Positions 36,779 through 44,385 of a stretch of 64,000 nucleotides of DNA are shown one piece after another. The notes below the pieces were generated by a model, which worked only from the letters and a program-made list of their open reading frames with translations, was not told the DNA's origin and did not search any database. The translations under genes and the position numbers were made by a program. The stretch covers positions 499 to 64,498 of the forward strand of contig JAUWMQ010000003.1 of the NCBI GenBank assembly GCA_030613065.1. Reading direction: 5' to 3'. Origin of the DNA: Candidatus Aegiribacteria sp. GTDB taxonomy: Bacteria; Fermentibacterota; Fermentibacteria; Fermentibacterales; JCC-6. The stretch's first letter is position 1; the number at the start of each line of letters is the position of its first letter.

Positions 36779-37747
36779 ATGAAAGGCCCCTTGTTCGTTT
36801 TCGAGATCACACCCCAATGTAACCTTGCCTGCACTTACTGCTACAATGTATGGAAGACTGATAGTGAACACTACCCCAGGGAACTCTCGCTGGACGAGAT
36901 TGAGAACCTCGCGGATTCAATTCAAGCTGCGCATCCGATTTCAGTTACCTTAACCGGCGGAGAACCTATTCTGAGAGATGATCTTCATGAGATCGTCAGT
37001 ATCCTTAGGAAGCGCGGAATTCTGGTTGGAATTGCAACCAATGGTATGCTTCTTGATCGGGATACAGCACATTCGCTGAAGGAAGCAGGTGCTTCATGGT
37101 TTGAAGTATCCGTCACTTCAGTTTCCGGAGAGAGATACACTGATCTGACGGGCACCGATGGGTTTGATGATGTAAAACGGGCTATGCTCGCTGTGAAATC
37201 CGCCGGTGCCAGGTTAACCATTTCACATATCATAACTTCACTGAATTACGGTGATGCAGGGCAGGTTGTTGACCTTGCTTACGCGTTCTCGGCGGATGCG
37301 ACAGCCCTCAACCGCTTCGTACCCGGCGGAACTGGCCTTGAGAACAGGCATCTTCTGCCCACCCTCGAACAGCTTGATTCCGCCCTGAAAAGCGCCGGTG
37401 AAAGATCACTCATGTCCCCCGGAATGACAGTATACGCCGCCATTCCAGTAGAGGATTGTCTGCTGCATCACAGTGATTACCCCGGTGTATCGTTCGGATC
37501 CTGCATATGCGGGGCGGGAAAATGGGCGATAAGCCCCTCAGGAGATCTGAGAGTATGCGAACAGAGTTCGCACATCATCGGAAGCCTCCTGGAAAGATCT
37601 TTTGAGGAACTGTCCCGTTCTGAATTCGTTGAGGAATTCCGGTGCAGCAACAGGAGCTCAGACTGTGAATCGTGCAGTTCCATGACCGTATGCGGAGGAG
37701 GGTGCAGATTTCTCAGGGAAATACCCACATGCGGAGTTATTCCCTGA
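36779..37747 (+). CDS. Radical SAM enzyme with a C-terminal SPASM domain
   Basis: 'CNLACTYCYN' (CxxxCxxC) near the N-terminus and 'CESCSSMTVCGGGC' (CX2CX5CX3C SPASM motif). ATG 36779; the ORF-track start at 36713 overlaps the upstream gene. Confidence 0.85.
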   Translation: MKGPLFVFEITPQCNLACTYCYNVWKTDSEHYPRELSLDEIENLADSIQAAHPISVTLTGGEPILRDDLHEIVSILRKRGILVGIATNGMLLDRDTAHSLKEAGASWFEVSVTSVSGERYTDLTGTDGFDDVKRAMLAVKSAGARLTISHIITSLNYGDAGQVVDLAYAFSADATALNRFVPGGTGLENRHLLPTLEQLDSALKSAGERSLMSPGMTVYAAIPVEDCLLHHSDYPGVSFGSCICGAGKWAISPSGDLRVCEQSSHIIGSLLERSFEELSRSEFVEEFRCSNRSSDCESCSSMTVCGGGCRFLREIPTCGVIP

Positions 37748-37799
37748 CATGTTCAAGCCCCTTTGAGACAAGGTCTTTCACATGGTCATCATCCAACCT
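37676..37799 (+). repeat. Copy 1 of a 124-bp direct repeat (3' end of the radical SAM gene plus 3' end of arsR)
   Basis: Identical to 41186-41309 except for one T/C difference (37751 vs 41261), which is synonymous in the arsR frame. Confidence 0.95.
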
Positions 37800-37853
37800 T
37801 GAGGCTTTCCTGAAATAGATGCATATTTAGAGTAAATACCATGAAATTCCAAC

Positions 37854-37881
37854 TTGACATGTTCGATTTTCATGGTATTAT
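37854..37881 (+). promoter_or_regulatory. Near-consensus sigma70 promoter positioned for a leaderless transcript of the ATPase gene
   Basis: TTGACA (37854-37859), N16, TATTAT (37876-37881). ATG 37888 lies 7 nt after the -10 and has no Shine-Dalgarno. The promoter sits inside the inverted repeat TACCATGAAA (37837-37846) / TTTCATGGTA (37869-37878). Confidence 0.6.
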
Positions 37882-37887
37882 CATCAC

Positions 37888-39036
37888 ATGGTACAGCGGG
37901 ATTGTCTTCTGTCTGAGTTGAATCGAGCCCTTGGAAGGAGCCGGATAGTACTTCTTTCCGGTCCCAGACAGAGCGGCAAGACCACTATAGCCAGAGAGCT
38001 TGTCTCACTGGAGTCGGTGAACTACTTTGACCTTGAGAACCCTCTTGATTTTAACAGATTATCAGAACCATTCACTGCTCTTAACGATCTGCGTGGCCTG
38101 GTTGTTATAGACGAGGTGCAAAGGTCACCTGATCTTTTCCCGGTACTTAGAGTGCTTGCCGACAGGCCTGACATTCCGGCGACTTTCCTTATTCTCGGCA
38201 GCGCATCCGGCCAGTTACTGAGGCAGAGCTCAGAGAGCCTTGCCGGAAGGCTTGAGATACAGAACATCACTGGATTCACTCTTGATGAGGTGGGAGCTGA
38301 AAAACATAAACAGCTCTGGCTGAGAGGTAGCTTCCCCAGATCTTTCCTGGCTGACAGTGAGGAGGACAGCTCAGCATGGAGGCGAAACTTCATGCAGACG
38401 CTGCTCGAGCGGGACTTCCCTCAATGGGGAGTGAGAGTACCTGCAACAGCACTTGGGCGTTTCTGGAGAATGCTGGCTCATTATCACGGGCAGTACTGGA
38501 ATGCCGCAGAGCCTGCCAGAGTTCTCGGAGTAAGTCAGACTACCGTGAGAAGACATCTCGACATAATGACTGATGCATTCATGATAAGGCAGTTGCAGCC
38601 CTGGCTTGCCAATCTGGCTAAAAGACAGGTAAAGTCACCTAAGATATACATCAGAGACAGCGGTCTTCTCCATCAGCTTCTTGGAATTGAGACGGAAAAA
38701 GGAGCTCTAACCAATCCGAAAACTGGAGCATCCTGGGAAGGCTTTGTGATAGAGCAGGTCATTGCATCCACCTGGCACGACAGCGTACACTTCTGGGCTT
38801 CACATCAGGGAGCTGAGATTGATCTGATACTGACAAGAGGAGATGATCTGTTCGGTGTTGAATGTAAACTCTCAGATGCACCGAAGCTGACTCTCTCCAT
38901 GAAAACCACCTTGGATCAACTGGGGCTCTCCAGGATTGCTGTCATCTACCCAGGCATGAAAAGATACCAGCTGTATCCTGGAATAGAGGCTGTTCCTGTC
39001 AGCTCTCTTGAAGAAAGAGAAAGTCTCTTCCGCTAA
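37888..39036 (+). CDS. AAA+ ATPase (AAA_14) with a DUF4143 C-terminal PD-(D/E)xK-like nuclease module
   Basis: Walker A 'GPRQSGKTT', Walker B 'VVIDEVQ', and a C-terminal 'GAEIDLIL...FGVECKLS' (D...ExK) pattern. Confidence 0.85.
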   Translation: MVQRDCLLSELNRALGRSRIVLLSGPRQSGKTTIARELVSLESVNYFDLENPLDFNRLSEPFTALNDLRGLVVIDEVQRSPDLFPVLRVLADRPDIPATFLILGSASGQLLRQSSESLAGRLEIQNITGFTLDEVGAEKHKQLWLRGSFPRSFLADSEEDSSAWRRNFMQTLLERDFPQWGVRVPATALGRFWRMLAHYHGQYWNAAEPARVLGVSQTTVRRHLDIMTDAFMIRQLQPWLANLAKRQVKSPKIYIRDSGLLHQLLGIETEKGALTNPKTGASWEGFVIEQVIASTWHDSVHFWASHQGAEIDLILTRGDDLFGVECKLSDAPKLTLSMKTTLDQLGLSRIAVIYPGMKRYQLYPGIEAVPVSSLEERESLFR

Positions 39037-39095
39037 CCGCTTCTCCCCAGTTTGGTCATATTCGGCAAAACAAGTTCTACTGAAAGGAATCCACC

Positions 39096-41135
39096 ATGAG
39101 AAACGAATACCCGATAACGAAAAAATGCGATGCTTCTGATGTGTTCTTCGGAGAGGTTATTGCCGATCCGTACAGGTGGCTGGAAGATGACACTTCACCT
39201 GAGGTCGCTTCATGGGTTAAGGCTCAGAATCAGGCTACTTTCTCTCATCTGGATTCCATTTCCCTGCGGCAGATCATCCGGGACCGGATGGCTCAACTCT
39301 GGAATCATGCCAGATACGGCGCTCCTTTCAGGCGCGGTGAATGGACATACTTCTTTCTGAATAGCGGGCTGCAGAGCCAGGCTGTCCTGTACAGGGAGAA
39401 GGATGGTGGGGAACCTGAAGTGTTTCTTGATCCCAACACCTTTTCATCTGACGGAACAACATCCCTTTCCGGCATAGGCTTTTCCCCTGATGGTTCCTTT
39501 GCCTGTTACAGCGTGTCCGAAGGTGGAGCGGACTGGCAGACCGTTAGAGTCATCGCCTGTGATGCTCCCGAAGAAGTATTGGAGACAGTTTCCGATGTGA
39601 AGTTTTCGGCACTGAGCTGGAGGGGTAGTGAGGGTTTCTACTACAGCAGCTATCGGAAACCGGAATTCGGCACGGTTCTTTCTGCGAAGACAACTGAACA
39701 CAGACTGATGTTCCACAGACTGGGGTCACACCAGGATTCCGATGTACTTGTCTTCGGAGGTTCAGAGACTCCACGCAGGTATGTGAACGGTGAAGTGACA
39801 GAGGACGGCAGATGGTTGTGGATAACCGCTTCTGTTTCCACAACAGGTGACGAGCTTTATGTGCGTGACCTTTCCACCGCTGATTCTTCTCTGGTGCAGC
39901 TCGCTTCGGGTTTCGAGAGAGAGTACAGGGTGGTAGACAGCCTTGGAGATAATCTCTTCGTGGAAACCAACCTGGATGCGCCCAACAACCGTCTGGTTCT
40001 GGTTGATATGTCCTCTCCCTCCTCTTCATGGAAAGATGTGATTCCCGAGAGGGGTGAAGTTCTCTCGGTTACCCATGGCGGAGGATACCTGTTCGCCACA
40101 TATCTGCAGGACGCGTTATCAGTTGTGGAGCAGGTTGACCATTCCGGGAACGTGGTACGGGTGGTTGAACTCCCGGGCACCGGTACCTCGCAGGTCTTCA
40201 CCGGACTCCGGGATGATACTGATGTCTACTACAGCTTCACAAGCTACACCCATCCCCGGGAGATATGGGCTCTGGATGTTGTTTCAGGAGAGTCCTCCAG
40301 GTTCAGGGCTTCAGGGGTGGAGTTCGATCCATCAATGTATGTGTCTGATCAGGTCTTTTTTCAATCGGCTGACGGAACCACCGTACCGATGATGATAACT
40401 CGCAGGAAGGATGTAGTCCCCGCCGGCAACAATCCGTGCCTGCTCTACGGCTACGGCGGATTCAATGCGAAGATCACCCCGGCCTTCAGTGTATCTGCGG
40501 TTGCGTGGATGGAACAGGGCGGAGTGTATGCTGTGCCCAACATTCGCGGTGGAGGTGAGTACGGAGAGGCATGGCATCTGGCCGGAACGAAAACTTCCAA
40601 ACAGAATGTCTTCAACGATTTCATTGCAGCGGCTGAATACCTGTGCACTTCAGGCTGGACAAACCCATCGAGACTTACTGTTTCAGGCGGCAGTAACGGC
40701 GGTCTTCTTGTGGGAGCGGTGATAACACAGAGACCGAAACTGTTCGGTGCAGCACTTCCTGCAGTAGGAGTGCTGGACATGCTCCGCTATCACCGGTTCA
40801 CAGCCGGTGCAGGCTGGGCATACGACTACGGTACAGCAGAGGACAGTGAAGAGATGTTCAGGTACCTGCTGGGATACTCACCGCTGCACAATGTGAAACA
40901 CGGCACATCCTACCCGGCGGTCATGGTGACCACCGGAGATCATGATGACCGGGTTGTGCCTGCTCACTCCTTCAAGTTCGCAGCGGCCCTGCAGGCAGCT
41001 CAGGAAGGGCAGGCTCCGGTTCTCATCCGGGTTGATGTGAACGCCGGACATGGAGCGGGAAAACCCATGGGCATGCTGATAGACTGCGAGGCGGACAGGC
41101 TCTCTTTCGCTCTGCACCATCTCAGACAGCTCTGA
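39096..41135 (+). CDS. Prolyl oligopeptidase (S9A family)
   Basis: N-terminus 'DPYRWLEDD', a beta-propeller region, catalytic Ser 'GGSNGGLLVGA', and Asp/His in 'GDHDDRV' and 'GHGAGKP'. 679 aa. Confidence 0.93.
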   Translation: MRNEYPITKKCDASDVFFGEVIADPYRWLEDDTSPEVASWVKAQNQATFSHLDSISLRQIIRDRMAQLWNHARYGAPFRRGEWTYFFLNSGLQSQAVLYREKDGGEPEVFLDPNTFSSDGTTSLSGIGFSPDGSFACYSVSEGGADWQTVRVIACDAPEEVLETVSDVKFSALSWRGSEGFYYSSYRKPEFGTVLSAKTTEHRLMFHRLGSHQDSDVLVFGGSETPRRYVNGEVTEDGRWLWITASVSTTGDELYVRDLSTADSSLVQLASGFEREYRVVDSLGDNLFVETNLDAPNNRLVLVDMSSPSSSWKDVIPERGEVLSVTHGGGYLFATYLQDALSVVEQVDHSGNVVRVVELPGTGTSQVFTGLRDDTDVYYSFTSYTHPREIWALDVVSGESSRFRASGVEFDPSMYVSDQVFFQSADGTTVPMMITRRKDVVPAGNNPCLLYGYGGFNAKITPAFSVSAVAWMEQGGVYAVPNIRGGGEYGEAWHLAGTKTSKQNVFNDFIAAAEYLCTSGWTNPSRLTVSGGSNGGLLVGAVITQRPKLFGAALPAVGVLDMLRYHRFTAGAGWAYDYGTAEDSEEMFRYLLGYSPLHNVKHGTSYPAVMVTTGDHDDRVVPAHSFKFAAALQAAQEGQAPVLIRVDVNAGHGAGKPMGMLIDCEADRLSFALHHLRQL

Positions 41136-41185
41136 AGGGAAGACATCTTTCCGATCAAGGGTTTCATGAAGATACATCGTGAGAG

Positions 41186-41309
41186 AGTTCCATGACCGTA
41201 TGCGGAGGAGGGTGCAGATTTCTCAGGGAAATACCCACATGCGGAGTTATTCCCTGACATGCTCAAGCCCCTTTGAGACAAGGTCTTTCACATGGTCATC
41301 ATCCAACCT
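41186..41309 (+). repeat. Copy 2 of the 124-bp direct repeat
   Basis: See 37676-37799. Here it carries the functional 3' end of arsR and an orphan 3' fragment of the radical SAM gene. Confidence 0.95.
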
Positions 41310-41555
41310 GTAAAATACGTGCCTTCCTTTTTTTCGGCTCCTGACAAGTCTGGCTGTGCGCAGGGATCTGAGCTGGTGGGAAACTGCAGAAACACTTACA
41401 TCCGTCTTCTCCGCCAGTTCACAAACGCATTTCTCACCGGAGAACATTGACATAAGAAGAAGCAGCCTGGTCGGATCAGCCATCTGATGAAATAGTTCAG
41501 CCAGAACTTCAACTTCTTCGGTGTGAACCTGCAGTTCTTCTCCTGTACCGGTCAT
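41247..41555 (-). CDS. ArsR/SmtB-family metalloregulator
   Basis: 'FSGEKCVCELAEKTDVSVSAVSHQLRSLRTARLVRSRKKGRHVFYRL' shows the CVC metal site plus a winged HTH. Immediately downstream of the efflux permease in the same operon. Confidence 0.9.
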   Translation of the reverse strand: MTGTGEELQVHTEEVEVLAELFHQMADPTRLLLLMSMFSGEKCVCELAEKTDVSVSAVSHQLRSLRTARLVRSRKKGRHVFYRLDDDHVKDLVSKGLEHVRE

Positions 41556-42782
41556 CTATTCCTCCTTTACATCGTAGCCAAGTTCCCTGATTGCCTTAAC
41601 AGCATCTATACTGCTAAATCCCGGGCTTCCATCCAGAGCTATCTCGACGGTACCCTTCCCGGACGAGGTGATTACACCAAGTATTCCCGGCGATTCCTTA
41701 AGAGCCCTGCTGACTTTCGTCTCGCAATTCGAGCACTTCATACCGTCAACATTGAACTTCATTGTCTTACCTCTTCTAGAGGATTTCAGCTTGAGATCAA
41801 GAAAACCTTTGAATGCGAACCATACCGTCCCAGCGATCAGGAGTACTCCGGCAGCAATACTGAGTAAACCTGTAATCGAATCCATACCGTGTCCGGCATG
41901 GTAAGCCCGGGATACTGAAACATTGAGCGAGTTAAGGATTCCTCCGGCAGCAAGACTGATAATTATAACGGTCAGTATGTAAACCAGGAAAACACTCGTT
42001 CCAAGGGTTTTGCGAACCGCGCCCATTGTCGCGGCGTTCGTAGCCGGACCGGCCATGAGAAATACCAGAGCGCTGCCCACGGGGAATCCGGCGTATATGA
42101 GACCGGCCGCGATAGGTACCGATGCGACAGAGCAGACATAGAGAGGAATTCCGATTGCAAGCGCCGCCAGCAGTCCCAGCGGACCTTCGAGAATCGTATA
42201 TTGTGACAGCTGCCCGGGTTCAAGGAAAGTGGTGATCAGCGCGGATAACACTATTCCGAAGACAAGCCATCCGTAGATATCCCTGAAAAGGCCATTGAAA
42301 GAGTAGTTCCATATCCTCAGGGGCAGCGGACCGGTTTCAATATCTGTGCACACCGGAGAGGTTCCCTGATCGTTCTTACCGTTGCCTATTTTATCGACAA
42401 TTGTTCCTCCAAGTAGACCCGCAACGAAGGCCGCGATTACCTTTGCAAGTGCAACCGGCCATCCTAGAATCGCCCATGTTACTGATATGGAATCGACTCC
42501 CGTCTGGGGAGTGCTTATGAGGAACGATGTGACAGCTCCCCTGGATGCTCCGTCCCTTCGAAGGCCCAGTGCCGCAGGCAGTACTCCGCAGGAGCAGAGC
42601 GGAAGGGGAACACCCACCAGAGCTGCCTTTGCGCTGCTTTTGAATCCCGGTTTCCCCAGGTGGGATAAAATCCTGTCTTTCTTTACGAAAACATGCAGGA
42701 GTCCGGCCAGAAGAAGTCCCAGAATGAGCGATGGCGCAAGAGCTGTAATTGTACTCCATAACGCATTAATAAATTCAATCAT
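41556..42782 (-). CDS. Metal efflux permease (DUF318/ArsP-like, SO_0444-type) with a C-terminal HMA domain
   Basis: Multi-TM with 'LPLCSCGV', and a C-terminal 'MKFNVDGMKCSNCETKV' (GMxCxxC heavy-metal-associated domain). Confidence 0.8.
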   Translation of the reverse strand: MIEFINALWSTITALAPSLILGLLLAGLLHVFVKKDRILSHLGKPGFKSSAKAALVGVPLPLCSCGVLPAALGLRRDGASRGAVTSFLISTPQTGVDSISVTWAILGWPVALAKVIAAFVAGLLGGTIVDKIGNGKNDQGTSPVCTDIETGPLPLRIWNYSFNGLFRDIYGWLVFGIVLSALITTFLEPGQLSQYTILEGPLGLLAALAIGIPLYVCSVASVPIAAGLIYAGFPVGSALVFLMAGPATNAATMGAVRKTLGTSVFLVYILTVIIISLAAGGILNSLNVSVSRAYHAGHGMDSITGLLSIAAGVLLIAGTVWFAFKGFLDLKLKSSRRGKTMKFNVDGMKCSNCETKVSRALKESPGILGVITSSGKGTVEIALDGSPGFSSIDAVKAIRELGYDVKEE

Positions 42783-42807
42783 TGAAAATACCTCATTATA
42801 TTATTGT

Positions 42808-42831
42808 ATATTTGAACAATTGCTCAAATAT
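42808..42831. promoter_or_regulatory. 24-bp imperfect palindrome, candidate ArsR/SmtB operator
   Basis: ATATTTGAACAATTGCTCAAATAT is palindromic except for one base pair. It contains the TGAACA/TTCAAATA-type half sites seen in SmtB/CzrA/CadC operators, and it overlaps the -10 element and the start-site region. Confidence 0.65.
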
Positions 42832-42857
42832 TATAATAATGAAATACTCCTTGTCAA
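42830..42857 (-). promoter_or_regulatory. Consensus sigma70 promoter of the permease-arsR operon
   Basis: On the minus strand: TTGACA (42857-42852), N16, TATAAT (42835-42830), about 48 nt upstream of ATG 42782. Confidence 0.7.
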
Positions 42858-43169
42858 CAACTGAACAGATATCCCCCTGAATAACAATGATATCAAGCTT
42901 ATACTCAGAAGTTCTTGATTCCCCTTGGTTGATGCAATCCCAAAGGGAAGAAGTGAAATTTTCACTCTGCTTATTCTTATTATATCCTGTATTTTTATGA
43001 ATTGAAACAATGAAGGGATACCTCATGAGATTGTCTGCTGTTGCAGTTCTGCTGCTTGTTGCGATAAATATCGTCTCTGGAAGTACTCCTGCCACCGCTG
43101 ATGTACGATCATATCTCGAATTGAAAACATGCTGGTCTTGATTGAGGTTGTACTTCCGTGACTGGGGAA

Positions 43170-43688
43170 TCACCCGTCAGCTATAAGAACTTGCTCTATC
43201 GCGCCTATGTACATACGATGGTAACCCTTTTTGGGATAGAGACCGTCGATTCCGTCGTCAAGAAACCTTTCCGGTTGAATATCCTGGTAGTAGAGTTTCC
43301 TGCAGGCCAGGATCAGGTTGGCCTCCTCAAAGGCGACTCTTCCTGCTGATGGTTCGAAATGGGTAAGGTCTGTTTCATCGGCCTTGTCGAAATCCCTGCC
43401 TGAGTGGGAACCGCAGTATTTAAGGGCTTCCCTGTGATCTTCGCGGAAGAAACTCATTGTGAAGAACTCGTTATTCTCCATGAACTTTCGTGTATGTCTC
43501 TGAGGCCGTACAAATACAAAGGCGACTCTCTTATTCCAGAGCTGTCCCAACCCGCCCCAGCTTGCAGTCATGGTGTTGTATCCGCTGGTGAGGGTACCTG
43601 CCGTCAGCAGGAACCAACCCTCAGCTATAAGTTTAAAAACGTTCTTAGAAATATCGTCTGGCTTGATCTCTCTGAAGAGTGAATTCAT
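43170..43688 (-). CDS. Flavin reductase-like (FMN-binding split-barrel) protein
   Basis: 'FLLTAGTLTSGYNTMTASWGGLGQLWNKRVAFVFVRPQRHT' is typical of the flavin reductase domain. 172 aa. Confidence 0.75.
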   Translation of the reverse strand: MNSLFREIKPDDISKNVFKLIAEGWFLLTAGTLTSGYNTMTASWGGLGQLWNKRVAFVFVRPQRHTRKFMENNEFFTMSFFREDHREALKYCGSHSGRDFDKADETDLTHFEPSAGRVAFEEANLILACRKLYYQDIQPERFLDDGIDGLYPKKGYHRMYIGAIEQVLIADG

Positions 43689-43706
43689 TGAAGCTCCGCC
43701 TGCTTT

Positions 43707-44240
43707 CTAAATTGTTATCGACGTATTCGTAATGATTGTGTAATCCGATGTAAAATTGTCAGCACCGGCTGCGCTGCAGGCGAAGACGATATTGTAGCTC
43801 TGTCCCTCTGAAAGGGCGTTGTCGTAAAGATCTCCTGAATTCAGGGGGATAGTGAAGAAGATAGTTGTTGTTCCCGAAGCCTCACTGCCGGACTTACCTG
43901 ATACGTTCTGTTCACCGCCCTGCAGGTCGGTGTCGGAAACATGGGTATTACTGTCCACTCCGAAATCATCCCTGATATTGACGGAAGATCCGCTTACGTA
44001 CCCGATAATTATGTTGGAATCATGCATCAAATAGGATCCTGCGAATCCTACTGCGACCCATCCCGTTGAGGGGCCCGTAAGTTCAACTTCCAGGTTACTA
44101 TCCTGAACTCTCCATTTCAACATGAAGCCATCATGTGATTTGGTGTTCCACCCGTCAGGATCGAATGGGCCTTCTTCGCATGCAGTGGAAAGCATCAACA
44201 GAGAAACAAGAACTGCGGAGATCATACAGTATTTCTTCAT
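43707..44240 (-). CDS. DOMON-domain lipoprotein
   Basis: ATG 44240 has an AGGAGG Shine-Dalgarno. Lipobox 'LLMLSTAC'. 'LKWRVQDSNLEVELTGPSTGWVAVGF...MHDSNIIIGYV' is DOMON-like. Confidence 0.65.
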   Translation of the reverse strand: MKKYCMISAVLVSLLMLSTACEEGPFDPDGWNTKSHDGFMLKWRVQDSNLEVELTGPSTGWVAVGFAGSYLMHDSNIIIGYVSGSSVNIRDDFGVDSNTHVSDTDLQGGEQNVSGKSGSEASGTTTIFFTIPLNSGDLYDNALSEGQSYNIVFACSAAGADNFTSDYTIITNTSITI

Positions 44241-44320
44241 TATATATCCTCCTGACAGAATTGATGATCGTTCTGTGAACAAATATGGCAGGTTAACGTT
44301 CCCCGGTAAACAGCTGCCAC

Positions 44321-44349
44321 TTGAATTATTCTTACATTTTCCACAGAAT
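44321..44349 (+). promoter_or_regulatory. Candidate promoter for hisS
   Basis: TTGAAT-N17-CAGAAT, 37 nt upstream of ATG 44386. Confidence 0.3.
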
Positions 44350-44385
44350 AGTCGTGTTCAAAGCGAAATTTCACAGAGGAGTTTT

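Noticed and set aside
28528-41309. Integron-like gene cassettes (attC sites) as an explanation for the repeat-flanked inserts
   Set aside because: The flanking repeats are direct duplications of host coding or promoter sequence, not imperfect palindromic attC elements with RYYYAAC/GTTRRRY cores. There is no intI gene or attI in the window, and the cassettes contain several genes with their own promoters.
42796-43173. 125-aa minus-strand ORF in the AT-rich spacer beside the metal operon
   Set aside because: Its sequence is low-complexity Ile/Asn/Lys/Phe-rich, typical of AT-rich non-coding DNA. It would overlap the operon promoter and operator.
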